From an uncultured Chloroflexia bacterium (GTDB lineage Bacteria; Chloroflexota; Limnocylindria; Limnocylindrales; CSP1-4): a stretch of 64,000 bases of DNA. Made by a program: the position numbers and the translations under genes. Under the pieces are notes generated by a model. The model did not search any database and was not told the DNA's origin. It saw only the letters and a list, made by a program, of their open reading frames with translations. Below, piece after piece: positions 37,291-48,805 of the stretch (position 1 is its first letter; every line of letters begins with the position of its first letter). The stretch lies in NCBI GenBank assembly GCA_963805585.1, contig CAWDUR010000017.1:29477-93476 (forward strand), in the 5' to 3' direction.

Positions 37291-38265
37291 GTGGCCAAGA
37301 TCCAGGAATCAGGCGAGCGTGTCGCCGCCAGCGTCGAGCGTGTCATCGTCGGCAAGCACCGCGAGGTGAGGCTGGCCCTGGTCGCCCTCCTCTGCCAGGG
37401 CCACCTGCTCATCGAGGACGTTCCTGGCACCGGCAAGACGATGCTGGCCCGAGCGCTGGCCCGCAGTCTCTCGTGCACCTTCCGGCGCATCCAGTTCACT
37501 CCGGACCTGTTGCCCAGCGATGTGACTGGTCTGTCCATCTACGACCAGAAGCGCCAAGAGTTCGAGTTCCGACCGGGTCCCATCGTCAGCCAGGTGGTCC
37601 TCGCCGACGAGATCAACCGGGCGACCCCCAAGACGCAGTCGGCGCTCCTGGAGGCCATGGAGGAGCGGCACATGACCGTGGATGGCGTCACTCGGCCCTT
37701 GCCGCAGCCCTTCATGGTCATCGCCACGCAGAACCCCATCGAGTACGAGGGCACCTTTCCGCTGCCGGAAGCCCAGCTCGACCGCTTCATGCTGCGGCTG
37801 CGCATGGGCTACCCGGAGCCCATGGACGAGATGCTCATCCTCGACGAACAGAAGCGTGGTCACCCCGTGGAGACCCTGGCGCCGGTGGCGGACGCTGCCG
37901 AGGTACTGGCCATGCAGCAAGCCGTCCGCGAGATCTACGTGGACCCCGCCATCTCGGACTACATCGTACGTTTGGTCAGCGCCTCCCGCAGCCACCCGGA
38001 TGTCTACCTTGGCGCGTCACCACGGGGCTCACTCGCGCTCTACCGGGCCAGCCAGGCGTGGGCCGCCATGTCGGGACGCGACTACGTCATCCCTGATGAC
38101 GTGAAGGTCCTTGCTGAAGCGGCCCTGGCGCACCGCATCATCGTCAAGACGGCCGCTTCCATCCATGGGCTCGACGGGCGAAGCCTGGTCAGCGAGATGC
38201 TGATGAGCGTTCCGGTCGGGACCCCGCGGCCGAATGCCGAAGGCCAGGGAGTGCGCCGGGCGTAG
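37291..38265 (+). CDS. moxR: MoxR family AAA+ ATPase
   Basis: [43 protein letters not shown]. Confidence 0.97.
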   Translation: MAKIQESGERVAASVERVIVGKHREVRLALVALLCQGHLLIEDVPGTGKTMLARALARSLSCTFRRIQFTPDLLPSDVTGLSIYDQKRQEFEFRPGPIVSQVVLADEINRATPKTQSALLEAMEERHMTVDGVTRPLPQPFMVIATQNPIEYEGTFPLPEAQLDRFMLRLRMGYPEPMDEMLILDEQKRGHPVETLAPVADAAEVLAMQQAVREIYVDPAISDYIVRLVSASRSHPDVYLGASPRGSLALYRASQAWAAMSGRDYVIPDDVKVLAEAALAHRIIVKTAASIHGLDGRSLVSEMLMSVPVGTPRPNAEGQGVRRA

Positions 38266-38294
38266 ACGGCATCGCCGGAACGCCCGCACGGCTG

Positions 38295-39566
38295 ATGCGC
38301 ACGAAGCTGGGCCTCGTGGCGGCCGGTGGCCTGGTGGCGGCGGTCGCGCTCGTCAGTGGCTCGACGCTGGTGTATTTCCTTGCCTGGCTCGTGATCATGG
38401 CAGTGGGGGGCGCCCACCTGCTCGCCCGTCGCGGCCTTGGCGGTCTGGAGGCCGGCTGCTGGCTTGATCGCCGGCACGCCACGGTCGGTGACGTCCTGAC
38501 CGTGACGTACACGCTGCGCTCGCGGGCGCGGCTGCCCAAGCCCTGGCTGGAGGTCCACAGCCCATCCACCCTGCCGCTGGCCATCCCGGGCCGGGTCGTC
38601 TCGCTGGGAGCGCGGACGGAACGGACGTGGGCCGCCCGGGTGCTTCTGCCGAGGCGTGGTCAGTACCGTGTCGATCCGCTCGTGGTCCGCACAGGAGACC
38701 CGCTGGGACTCTTCGAATCGGTGGCCAGCGTCGGGCCGGGGGCCAACATCCTCGTCTATCCCCAGGTCATGCCGCTTCCTGCATGGCACCTTCCGCCGGC
38801 CGCTGTCGAGGCCTCGTCGGCGCGTGGCCGGCACGGCCCTCATCTCACGCCAGTCGTGACGAGCGTGCGGCCCTACACCCCAGGGGACGCCTTCAATCGC
38901 ATCCATTGGCGCTCCAGCGCCCGTCACCAGGAACTGCTGGTCAAGGAGTTCGACATCGAACCCTCGGCCGACCTGTGGATCTTCCTGGACCTGCACCGCA
39001 ACGTACACGTGGGAGCCGGAGAGGCCGCCACCGTGGAGAGTGCAGTGAGCGTCGCGGCGGCCCTGGCTGGTCACGCACTGGCAGATGGGCGCGGTGTCGG
39101 CATGGAGGCGGTCGGCATGCGCCGGGCCGTCATCGCCGCCGATCGCGGCGCCCGCCAGCGACACAAGATCCTGGGACTCCTGGCCGTGGCGGAGGCGGAA
39201 GGGTCGACGCCGCTCGTCGAGATGATCCTGGAGAGCGCTGGTCGGGCGAGACGGGGCATGGCGGTGGTGGTCATCACGCCTTCGCTCGACGCGTCCTGGG
39301 TACGGCCCCTGGCAGCCCTGCGCGGTCAGGGCATGGCGCCCGTGGCGTGCCTCATCGATCCACTGGCACACGTCACCTTTGGATCGGCTCTGACAGGACG
39401 GGTCGAGCCAGCCCCGACCATCCGGGAGCCGCTCGAACGAGAGACTCGAGCCTTGCTGCACAGCCTCGCGGAGCACGACGTTCGCTCTCACGTGGTGGGG
39501 CCCGGGCGGCCGCTGGGCACGCAACTGGTCACCGGACGTGACGTCCACGACTGGAGGGCTGCGTGA
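38295..39566 (+). CDS. DUF58 domain protein
   Basis: DPLGLF, VRPYTPGD..IHWRSSAR..LLVKEF. Confidence 0.92.
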   Translation: MRTKLGLVAAGGLVAAVALVSGSTLVYFLAWLVIMAVGGAHLLARRGLGGLEAGCWLDRRHATVGDVLTVTYTLRSRARLPKPWLEVHSPSTLPLAIPGRVVSLGARTERTWAARVLLPRRGQYRVDPLVVRTGDPLGLFESVASVGPGANILVYPQVMPLPAWHLPPAAVEASSARGRHGPHLTPVVTSVRPYTPGDAFNRIHWRSSARHQELLVKEFDIEPSADLWIFLDLHRNVHVGAGEAATVESAVSVAAALAGHALADGRGVGMEAVGMRRAVIAADRGARQRHKILGLLAVAEAEGSTPLVEMILESAGRARRGMAVVVITPSLDASWVRPLAALRGQGMAPVACLIDPLAHVTFGSALTGRVEPAPTIREPLERETRALLHSLAEHDVRSHVVGPGRPLGTQLVTGRDVHDWRAA

Positions 39567-41927
39567 GCCCGCGCCGACCACGCCGACCGCCCGTGCTCTC
39601 CCGGCCAGTGTCGGGCTGGTCGAGCCTGCTGCTCCTGCTGGGCATGCTCCTGGTGGTCGGCCTGGCAGTCGTGGACGCTCGCGCGCCAGTCCTCGGTTCG
39701 ACTGACCATGGCCTCATGCCGCTGGTGGTCATCGTCTCGGCAGGCCTGGTGGGCACCCTGCTGGCGAGGAGCCGGATCGGGCTGGTGCGAGCGCACTTCA
39801 TCGGTGCCCTGGCTGGAGCCGTGATCTTGCTGCTGGCGACGGCGGCAACGCTGGAGGGGGGCGGCCCGGGCGATCCTGACCCGCCGAGCCTGGCCCTGAT
39901 CCATGAGCAGCTGGTCGAGGCTCAGTGACAGGGTCCAGTCCGAGGTGCGGATGCTCCTGGGCACTGACGAGACGCGTCCGGTGGTCCTCGCTGGCCTGTT
40001 CCTGGGGGCCATCGCCTGGTCGATCGGGCAGTTCAGCGCCTTCAGCGTGTTCCGCTACCGACGGGCTGGTCCTGCCATCGTCGCCAGCGGATCGCTCCTC
40101 CTCCTGAACGAGGCCCTGCCGCCCGCGGCCGGATCGTCCGATGACCTGCCCCTCCTGTGGGCCGTCACGCTCTTCGCCCTGCCTGCCATGCTCCTGCTTG
40201 TACGACTCCAGTACACGGCTCAAGCCGGACGGTGGTCGAGGCGGCAGATCGTGGCGAGCGCCGAGGTCGAGCGCCGATACCTGCAGCTGGGCGGGGTCTT
40301 CGTGGTCGCTGGTCATCGCCGCAGCGACGTCCCTGGCGGCCGTCGCCAGGGTGCCGGCTCAACCCGTCGACGAGGGCCTGCTGCGAGGGCCGCTCGAGGA
40401 CCTGCGCCAGGAGGTCTATCGCTGGCTTCGCCTGGTCGCGGTCGACGTGAACAGCCAGGCATCGACCACGCTGGACGACCGGCTCCGGGTCGCCGACGAT
40501 TGGGAGCCGGGCAGCGGCGTGGCCTTCAGCGTGGAGCTGCAGGGCGGTCTGCGCGGCAATTACTGGTGGCTCTCGGCCTTCTCCGACTTCGACGGACAGG
40601 CCTGGTCGCGAGCCGACACGACCACAGACGAGGTAGCCGCCCTGGCGCCTCTCGAGCTGCCGTCCGACAGCAGCGGCGCCGGACCCTTCGACGTCGTCGT
40701 CACGCTGACGCCACGGCGTTCCGCGCTGGCCCTGGGCACGCTCATCGCTCCCAGCGAGCCCCGGGTCGTGAGCCGCGACACTCGAGTGCGTAGTCTCGGC
40801 GACAGGGAAGGGCTGACGGAGATCACCTTCAGGGACGAGGTCCTTCGGGGCGCCAGCTACACCGTGGACTCCGCGATCCACGATTACGAGGGTGGTGAGC
40901 GCTCGCTGACGGCGGCCGTCCTGCGTGCGTCGGGCACCGACTACCCGGCCTGGATCGACCGCTACCTGCGCGTCGACGACGGAGCCTCCGGACCTCGGAC
41001 CGCGCGCCTGGCCGCCGAGATCGACCCTGCTCACCGAGCGTGCCGGGCTTGACAGCGCGTACGACAAGGCGCTGCTCCTCCAGGACCGCTTACGCACGAT
41101 GGAGTACTCCACCTCAGTGGCAGGGCTGTGTCAGCCGGGCGAGAACGTCCCGGAGTGTCTGCTGCGTACAGAGACGGGCTTCTGCCAGCACTTCGCGAGC
41201 ACGATGGTGATGGCCCTGCGCGAGATGGAAGTGCCGGCTCGGCTCGTGAGCGGCTACCTGCCGGGCGAGCGCGCCGATGACGGTCGCTGGGATGTCCCAC
41301 TGCAAGCCTCGCACGTCTGGGTGGAGGCCTACTTCGTCGGCGTCGGTTGGCTGCGCTTCGACCCCACGCCGGGAGAGCAGCTGCGACGCTTCGCACAGCT
41401 CCCCACCGAATTCGCCGAGGGTGAGCCGGTCGCCTCGGCGAGTCTTGACGCCAACGCCCCGACGCCGAGCGCGACTGAACGCGGCCGACGGTGATGCGTC
41501 CCCCAGCCCGTCACCTCCCGCTGGGGCCGCCGTCCAGCCGAGTGACGCCGGCGCCGACCCCTGGTCCGCTCTGTTGCCCGGCTTGGGGCTGGCGGCGCTC
41601 GGGCTCCTCATCCTGGTGGCCCTGCTGATCGCGCGCCTTCGCCGTCTCCCGGGGGCCGACGAGGCCCTGGCCTACAGCCGCATCGCCGGTCTCGCCGCTC
41701 GCCTGGGCTACGGCCCGCATCCCGCGCAAACGGAGTTCGAGTACGCCGCCAGCCTGTCGGACGTATTGCCGTCGGTCCGACAGGACCTCTATCTCGTCGC
41801 CGAGGCCCGCGTGGCGAAGCGCTACGGCCGTCGGGCCGTGGCGGGCCATCGACGGCCAGCGTTGCGGCGTGCGTACGCGCGGATCAGGACGGCGCTGCTG
41901 CGCCTGGGCTGGAGAGGCGGCCGCTAG
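39563..41927 (+). CDS. membrane transglutaminase-like protein (TgpA-type, C-terminal DUF4129-like; several frameshifts)
   Basis: N-terminal TMs; catalytic triad GFCQHFA, HVWVEAY, FDPTP; moxR-DUF58-TGase synteny. Confidence 0.88.
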
Positions 41928-41951
41928 GAGGAGGCATCGACCCGGGGGCGG

Positions 41952-42731
41952 TCAGCGGCGCGTGAGGGCCGTGACGTGCTCGTCGAGGTTGTGGGCGAGC
42001 AGGCGTGGCAGGCCCTCGCCCGTATCGAGGACACTGACGGCGGCAAGGGCGAAAGGCAATGACCAGAAGTGCTCCAGCCCGATGCCTAACAGGCCCAGCG
42101 CGAGGCAGCGCAGGATGCCATCGTGACCGACCACGATGGCCCACGCCGGGGGACGGACGTAGCCCCTGGCACGCTCGTAGCCCAGCACGGGATCGGCCGA
42201 TCGCACAGGCGCGCTCGAAGGCACCGTCGCGGGCGAGTGAGCAGCCGACGGCTCCCTGACGATGGGGGTGGCGAGGATGGTGCGCAGGGTCCTCTGCGCC
42301 CGCTCGAAGGCTGCCGGCAGGGATTCGCCGCCGGGCGCGTGGTGACGGACCGGGTCCTCGAGCCAGCCCTGAAGCTGACGGGGATAGTGGCTGCGGACCT
42401 CGTCGAGCGTGAGCCCCTCCCACTCGCCCTGGCTGAGCTCCACGAGCGTGTCGAGCGGGCGCAGGGGAGCATCCGCTTCACGCGCTTCGTGGATGGCCTG
42501 GGCGGTCTCGGTGGCGCGGCGCAGCGGAGAATGCCAGATGGCCACGGGCGGCGTATCCGGCACCGGCACCGATGGGGCGGCCGCGGGGGCCGCCAGGCGC
42601 GCCCCGATGGCGGTGGCCTGGCGACGCCCTGTGTCGGTCAGCGGGACATCACCGCGGCCCTGGAAGCGCCCTTCCGCCAGCCACGTGGACTCACCATGCC
42701 TCACGAGCGCCAGGATGGCGGGCGCAGTCAC
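41952..42731 (-). CDS. histidine phosphatase family protein (candidate phosphoserine phosphatase)
   Basis: LVRHGES, SPLRRA, GEWEG, PGGES, VGHDG; GTGA-coupled to serA. Confidence 0.88.
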   Translation of the reverse strand: MTAPAILALVRHGESTWLAEGRFQGRGDVPLTDTGRRQATAIGARLAAPAAAPSVPVPDTPPVAIWHSPLRRATETAQAIHEAREADAPLRPLDTLVELSQGEWEGLTLDEVRSHYPRQLQGWLEDPVRHHAPGGESLPAAFERAQRTLRTILATPIVREPSAAHSPATVPSSAPVRSADPVLGYERARGYVRPPAWAIVVGHDGILRCLALGLLGIGLEHFWSLPFALAAVSVLDTGEGLPRLLAHNLDEHVTALTRR

Positions 42732-44296
42732 CCCGGGGAGTCGAGGCTGATGAGCCAGACGTCGAGCATGGCATCGAAGGAGCGGATGCGCTCGGCGGTC
42801 TCCTCGGGGACGGGCTCATCGAGGGCCAGGATCATGAATGCGATCGAGCGCTTGTCCGAGCGGCCCAGGTGCATGGCGCTGATATTGACATCGGCCTCGC
42901 CCAGCGTCTGGCCTACGAGACCGATGGCGCCGGGGCGGTCCTGGTGGCGAGAGACGAGCATGTGCGCCGAAGGTGCCAGGTCGATCTCGTAGCCGTCGAG
43001 GGCTACCAGGCGTGATTCGCCGGCCGCCACGGTGCCAGCCACGGAGCGGTCGCCGCGCAGCGTGAGGAGCGAAGAGTAGCGGCCCGACTCCGGGATCTTG
43101 TGCACGGCCAGGTTGATGCCGCGGGCCTTGGCCAGCGCTGGTGCATTGACGAGGTTGACGCGCTCTTCCGTATGCGTCTCCAGGATGCCGCCCAGGGCGG
43201 CCGCCACGAGGGGCGCGGACTCCACGTCGGCCAGCTCGCCGGCGACCTCCAGCGCAAGACCGCTCAGGCCATCGGCGAACTGCGCATAGAACTGGCCGAG
43301 CGTGCGGGCCAGCGGCAGATACGGGGAGAGGGCGTCGGCCGTCTCCGGCGTCATCAGTGGAGCATTGACCGCGTAGCGAGCCGGGCGGCCGGCAAGCACG
43401 TCGCGCACCTGCTCGCAGGCCTCCACGGCGACCCGGGTCTGGGCCTCTTCCGTGGAGGCCCCCAAGTGGGGCGTCAGGATGGTGTTGGGCGCCGTGCGCA
43501 GCGGATTGTCGGGCGCGGGTGGTTCACTGGAGTACACGTCCACGGCCGCCCCTGCGATGATGCCGGCTGTCAGGGCTTCGGCCAGGGCCGCCTCATCGAT
43601 GACCCCACCGCGAGCCACGTTGATGACATAGGCATCGCGCTTCATGGTCGCCAGTTCGGCAGCAGCGATGAGGTTGGTGGTGTCCTTCGTCTTGGGCACG
43701 TGGACCGTGATGGCATCTGCCACCTTGAGGATCTCCGGGAGCGGCAGGGGCGTGATGCCGTGCAGTGCGGCGGCTTCCGCGGTCACGAAGGGATCCGTGC
43801 CCACGACCTCCATGCCCAGGGCGCGCGCACGGTCGGCGACGGCCATGCCGATCTTGCCGAGCCCCACCACGCCCAGCGTCTTGCCCACCAGCTCGCGGCC
43901 CATGAAGGCGGCGCGGTTCCACTCACCTGCATGCATGGAAGCATCGGCGGCCGGCACGCGGCGAGCCAGGGCGAACAAGAGCGCGAGGGTGTGCTCCGCC
44001 GCGGCCACCGTGTTGCCCGTTGGCGCGTTGACGACGATGATGCCGGCCGCGGTGGCGGCGGCGATGTCGATGTTGTCCACGCCGACCCCGGCCCGGCCGA
44101 TGACGACGAGGCGCCGCCCTGCGGCGATGGCCTCGGCATCGGCCTTGACGCCGCTGCGCACGAGCAGCGCATCGTAGTCGGGCAGGGCGGCCAGGAACTC
44201 GTCGCGCGGGAGGCCGGTGCGGACGTCGACCTCGTGCTGGGCACGCAGCAGCTCGACGCCCTCCCGAGCGAGCTTCTCGGCGACCAGGACCCGCAT
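42728..44296 (-). CDS. serA: D-3-phosphoglycerate dehydrogenase
   Basis: GRAGVGVDNID, GLGKIG, INVARGG, TPHLGAST, C-terminal ASB and ACT (DRPG). Confidence 0.96.
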   Translation of the reverse strand: MRVLVAEKLAREGVELLRAQHEVDVRTGLPRDEFLAALPDYDALLVRSGVKADAEAIAAGRRLVVIGRAGVGVDNIDIAAATAAGIIVVNAPTGNTVAAAEHTLALLFALARRVPAADASMHAGEWNRAAFMGRELVGKTLGVVGLGKIGMAVADRARALGMEVVGTDPFVTAEAAALHGITPLPLPEILKVADAITVHVPKTKDTTNLIAAAELATMKRDAYVINVARGGVIDEAALAEALTAGIIAGAAVDVYSSEPPAPDNPLRTAPNTILTPHLGASTEEAQTRVAVEACEQVRDVLAGRPARYAVNAPLMTPETADALSPYLPLARTLGQFYAQFADGLSGLALEVAGELADVESAPLVAAALGGILETHTEERVNLVNAPALAKARGINLAVHKIPESGRYSSLLTLRGDRSVAGTVAAGESRLVALDGYEIDLAPSAHMLVSRHQDRPGAIGLVGQTLGEADVNISAMHLGRSDKRSIAFMILALDEPVPEETAERIRSFDAMLDVWLISLDSPG

Positions 44297-44298
44297 GG

Positions 44299-45481
44299 TC
44301 AGGACCTCGAGGCCGCGCTCGCGACCATGCTGGTGCCTGCCTGGCGGGCAGCCTCCGCCGCGACGCCACGGCGTGACCGGCACCCCGGCTGCCGTTGCAC
44401 CTTCCTCGAGGACCGTCATGGCACGTACGATGTCATCGACGCTGACGTCGCCCAGGTGGCCGACGCGGAAGATCTTGCCCTTGAACTTGCCCTGGCCTCC
44501 GGCCAGCACCAGGCCGCGTGCCTGCAGCTCCCTGTTCACGGCGGACCATTCGACGCCCTCGGGGACACGGGCTGAAGTCACGCTGTCGGAAGCATGGGCC
44601 GGGTCGGCGAAGAGCTCGAAGCCCAATGCCTGCAGGCCCGCCCGTGAGGCAGCGCCACAGGCCGCGTGCCTGGCGAAGACGGCCTCCATGCCCTCGGCCT
44701 CCATGAGTGCCAAGGCGGCCTCCAGCTGGAAGACGAGGCCCACGGCCGGTGTCCAGGGAGTCTGGCCCTTGGGCAGCACCTCGCGGTGTCGACCCAGGTC
44801 GAAGTAGAAGCGAGGCATCGTGGCCGTGGTGGCCGCCTCCCAGGCTCGCTCCGATGCGGCCGCCATGGCCAGACCCGGCGGGATCATCCAGGCCTTCTGT
44901 GATCCGGTCACCACGACGTCGATCTCCCAGGCGTCCATGTGGAAGGGCATGGCGCCGATGCCGCTGACGCCGTCTACGACGATGAGGGCCTGCGGGGCAG
45001 CCTCGCGGATCGCGGCAGCCAACTCAGCGAGAGGGTTGGTGACGCCCGTGGAGGTCTCGTTGAAGGTGACCAGGACCGCCCTGGGACTGCGGTCCTCTGA
45101 TGCCATGGCGCGGATCGATTCACGGACGGAGTCCGGGTCGGCTGCCTGACCCCATTCGACCTCGAGGACCGTGACATCAGCTCCGTAGATGTCCGCGATC
45201 CGGGCGAACCGTTCACCGAAGTTGCCGATGCTCACAGCCAGCACGGGGTCGCCGGGCGAGAGGAAGGAGACAACGGCGGATTCGAGGCCGCCCGTGCCCG
45301 ATGAGGTCAGGATCATGACATCGCTCTGTGTCCCGAACCAGGGCCGCATGCCGGCGCTGGCGCGGACGAGCAGCTCCTGGAACTCCGGGCCTCGATGATT
45401 GATCATCTGCCGCGAGCCGGCCTCCCGGACAGCAGGAGGAAGCGGCGTGGGGCCGGCGATTCGCAGGTTCTGGGGCGGCAC
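44299..45481 (-). CDS. class V PLP aminotransferase (serine-glyoxylate/SerC-like); apparent fusion to serA is an indel artifact
   Basis: IAGPTP, NHRGPEF, NETSTG, VDGVSG, TGSQKA (PLP Lys), FRVGHLG; AAGGAG SD. Confidence 0.92.
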
Positions 45482-45587
45482 GAGGGTCTCCTTCTGCCGT
45501 GGCGGACACGGGCGCGCCACTCAGTCAACGGGCGAGGGTGCCCTAGATGGTAGTCGCGACGCGTGGGGTGCGCACTAGACTTCCGGG

Positions 45588-46966
45588 ATGGACAGCGCGG
45601 ATGGTGCCGCTCACAGAGGCGCACGCCCGGAATCGTTGTCCCTACGGGGCGAGGCTGCCCACACACCCCTGGCGGCACGCATGCGACCGCGCGACCTCGC
45701 CGAGTTCGTGGGCCAGGCTCCGCTCGTCGGCGAGCGCGGAGCCCTGCGCCGCATGGCCGAGCGGGGACGACTCGCCTCCATGGTGCTGTGGGGCCCGCCA
45801 GGCGTGGGCAAGACCACTCTGGCCCGACTGCTGGCTGAGGCGGTGGGCACGCGGTTCGACACACTCTCGGCGACTTCCAGCGGGGTCAAGGAGGTTCGCG
45901 CCGCGGTCGCCCAGGCGCGCGACTGGCTCGACCGGGGCGGCAGCGCCACGGTCCTCTTCATCGACGAGATCCACCGCTTCAACAAGGGTCAGCAGGACGC
46001 CCTACTGCCGCACGTCGAGGAGGGGGTGGTGACGCTCATCGGAGCGACCACGGAGAACCCGTACTTCGAAGTGAACGCCGCTCTCCTGTCGAGGCTGCGG
46101 GTATTCCGGCTGGAGCCCCTGTCCGATACCGACGTGGCCGCTATCGTCGATCGGGCACTACGCGACCCTCGCGGTTTCGGCGGCGGCGTCACGCTGGACG
46201 AGCCGGCTCGCGAGCACCTCGTGGCCATCAGCGCAGGCGATGCTCGAGCTGCCCTCAACATCCTCGAGTCGGCGGCCTCCCTGGCTGGTAGCGGCGATGG
46301 CGCGGACGCTTTGCCCGTGTCGCCGAGCCTTGAGGACATCGAGACTGCTGCCCAGCAGCGCGTCCTGGCCTACGACCGCGCCGGGGACGGCCATTACGGC
46401 ACCGTCTCGGCATTCATCAAGTCGATGCGCGGCAACGATCCAGATGCTGCGCTCTACTGGCTGGCCACCATGGTGGCGGCAGGGGAAGACCCCCGGTTCA
46501 TCGCGCGCCGCATCGTCATCGCCGCCAGCGAGGATGTGGGCAACGCGGACCCGCGGGCCCTGCAGATCGCGATCGCGGCAGCCCAGGCGCTTGAATGGGT
46601 GGGTCTGCCCGAGGCTCAGTACGCCCTCGCGCAGGCGGTCGTCTATGTCGCGACGGCTCCCAAGTCGAACCGCTCCGGCCAAGCCTACTGGGCAGCCCTG
46701 GCCGACGTGCGCGAGCACGGCTCTCTGCCGGTGCCGAAGCATCTGCTCAACGCGCCGCATCGTGGCATGCGCAGCCACGGCATCGGCGTGGGGTACAAGC
46801 TGCCCCACGACTACGAGGACGCGGATGTCGAACAGCAGTATCTCCCCGACGCCCTCGTCGGGCAGGCGCTACTACGACCCTTCCGGACCAGGGCTGGGAA
46901 GCGCGCATCAAGGAGCGCATGGACGCGCTGATGGAGGCGAGGAAGCACCGACAGGGAAGTGGGTAG
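45588..46966 (+). CDS. rarA: replication-associated recombination protein A (frameshifts near the 3' end)
   Basis: PLAARMRP, GPPGVGKTT, FIDEIHRFNK, GATTENP, SAFIKSMRG, SEDVGNADP. Confidence 0.96.
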
Positions 46967-47064
46967 GCATCGCCAGCGCGGCCGCCAGCAAGGTCCGCCA
47001 GCCCGCCGGCGACCCCGCCTCGTCCGACCGCTATGCTCGGTGACATGAGGGGAGCGGCGCCACG

Positions 47065-47433
47065 ATGCGGATGACTGACCTGCGGACGGGCTGGGCGGTG
47101 CTCGGCAACGACGGCCGGCGCCTCGGTTCCATCAAGGCGGTCGGGCAAAACTACATCCTGACCTCGCGGCCCGGCTTCGCCGCCGACCTGTACGTCCCCG
47201 TCTCGTTCATCGCCAACGTGACCAGTGGCGCCGTCCATCTCAACGTCACGGCGCGAGACGCCGAGCAGATGGGCTGGGAGCAGCAACCTAGGGACCAAGA
47301 GGAGTTCGAGGCCGGCTCCGACACGGACGCTCCAGCGGCATCTCTGAAGACGCAGCAACGGCACGGCCCACGGTCTGCCGGTCGAGCCCTTAGACTGCGC
47401 GCTCAGGACACGCATATGGAAGGGCACACATGA
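47065..47433 (+). CDS. small PRC-barrel/DUF2171-like protein
   Basis: GWAVLGNDGRRLGSI..DLYVP..VHLNV; GAGGGGAG SD; the tail may be frameshifted. Confidence 0.6.
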   Translation: MRMTDLRTGWAVLGNDGRRLGSIKAVGQNYILTSRPGFAADLYVPVSFIANVTSGAVHLNVTARDAEQMGWEQQPRDQEEFEAGSDTDAPAASLKTQQRHGPRSAGRALRLRAQDTHMEGHT

Positions 47434-47693
47434 TCGTTCTCGCATTCGTGGTCATCGCGCTGGTGGCGGGCTACATCGCCAACTTCCTGGTCGGCAAGGG
47501 CAAAGGCTTCCAGCCCTGGGAGCTCTTCGTGGCCGGCATCATCGGCTCGTTCGTGGGCGGCACACTCCTGAGCCTCATCGAGGGGGACTTCGACATCTCC
47601 CTCAGCGGCCTCATCGGGTCCGTCGTCGGCGCCATCGTCGTCCTGGCCGCGTGGGGCTGGCTGCGCACGGGTCCGCTCAAGGGCAAGGTCTAG
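47430..47693 (+). CDS. GlsB/YeaQ/YmgE (transglycosylase-associated) membrane protein
   Basis: AGYIANFL, GIIGSFVGG, SVVGAIVVL. Confidence 0.85.
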   Translation: MIVLAFVVIALVAGYIANFLVGKGKGFQPWELFVAGIIGSFVGGTLLSLIEGDFDISLSGLIGSVVGAIVVLAAWGWLRTGPLKGKV

Positions 47694-47786
47694 CTCCGGC
47701 GCTGGCTCCCGGGCGCTGCGGCTGGCAGTCAGGTCGCTTCGACGCTGCGTGCTGCAGCCCGCCGCGGCGGGCTCCCGGAGACCCGA

Positions 47787-48173
47787 TCAGTAAAGGCCGA
47801 ACAGGTCCAGGATGACGAACAGGAACCAGGCCACCGCGAGGCCGGCCACCAGGATGCCGGACACCGTCGCGATGCGCCGCAGGTCCTCGCGAACGTAGAC
47901 ATTCTCGGCCGCCACGCGAGCCTGCAGGCTGTCCTGCTTCACGATGAACCGCTTTCTGAGCTCGACCCGGCGCCGCTGCCGGGGCCACGGGGTCCTCGAT
48001 CGTGACTTCCGTTGTCTCCAGGACGAGCGAGTCGATGGCTTGGTCGATGCCGGGATCCCAGGTCGTGTCCGTCGACGTCGAAGGGAGGTGCTGCCGAGCG
48101 GCTTCTGCTGGCGCACCGGGACGTGACCGCCGGGTCGGTGGGTGGAATGGCTGCCACGAACCCGCTTGGCCAC
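47787..48173 (-). CDS. hypothetical protein with C-terminal TM helix (probable internal frameshifts)
   Basis: AAGGAG SD; ends ENVYVREDLRRIATVSGILVAGLAVAWFL. Confidence 0.6.
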   Translation of the reverse strand: MAKRVRGSHSTHRPGGHVPVRQQKPLGSTSLRRRRTRPGIPASTKPSTRSSWRQRKSRSRTPWPRQRRRVELRKRFIVKQDSLQARVAAENVYVREDLRRIATVSGILVAGLAVAWFLFVILDLFGLY

Positions 48174-48268
48174 GAGCTGCTCTCCTTGTATGTCGGTCGG
48201 TCGGTCGGGCCGAAGGATAGCACCGTGTCGGGTCGCGCCGCCCGGCTGTCCGCTGCTACAGTCCGGAT

Positions 48269-48766
48269 ATGGAGGGAGCGGCCGGCATCCTCGCGCCAGT
48301 GGTCGCCGTCGTGGCACTGGTCCTGGCCTCGATCGCCCTCGTCCTGGTGGTCCGCCAAGGGCGACAGACGCCCGATTGGCCGTCGCCGGGAGCCCGGACC
48401 GCCGGGCTCGAGCGCCGACTTGGTCAGCTTGGCCAGCGTCTCGATGTCGTGGAGGCAGAGGTCGACGCGCAGCGAGGCGTGACGGGGGCCGCCCTACCGC
48501 CGACCGGCACGGTGCGCGGCGCGGGTGTCGCGGTCTCGCACCTGGGCCTCGTTCGTTTCGATGCCTTCGAGGATGCTGGGGGCGCCCAGTCGTTCGCCTT
48601 GGCACTCATCGATGACGACGGTGACGGTGTCGTGTTGACGAGCCTGCACTCCCGCCAGGCGACGCGCCTCTACATCAAGGCCATTCGCCGAGGCGTCGCC
48701 GACTCCCCGCTCTCAGACGAAGAGGTCCGTGCGATGCAGAACGCCGGGATCACGCCCACGGTGTGA
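48269..48766 (+). CDS. DUF4446 family protein
   Basis: N-terminal TM, GLVRFDAFEDAGGAQSFALAL..G..LTSLHSR..YIK. Confidence 0.88.
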   Translation: MEGAAGILAPVVAVVALVLASIALVLVVRQGRQTPDWPSPGARTAGLERRLGQLGQRLDVVEAEVDAQRGVTGAALPPTGTVRGAGVAVSHLGLVRFDAFEDAGGAQSFALALIDDDGDGVVLTSLHSRQATRLYIKAIRRGVADSPLSDEEVRAMQNAGITPTV

Positions 48767-48805
48767 CAAAGAAGCTGTCACGGCCGTCCAGCAGGGTGGT
48801 GCTCG

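Noticed and set aside
37291-41927. moxR-DUF58-transglutaminase as a novel system
   Set aside because: Well-known, widespread gene triad
42728-45520. 930-aa aminotransferase-SerA fusion in the ORF track
   Set aside because: The linker WRRGGGCPPG is off-frame; removing one base near 44368 restores ..GVAAEAARQAG..SRS-stop at 44299, 2 nt before the serA ATG
47032-47047. TATGCT followed by ATG at 47045 as another leaderless start
   Set aside because: That ATG is out of frame with the 47065 gene, which has its own SD
48193-48208. (GGTC)n microsatellite between divergent genes
   Set aside because: Only about 3.5 units; unremarkable in GC-rich DNA
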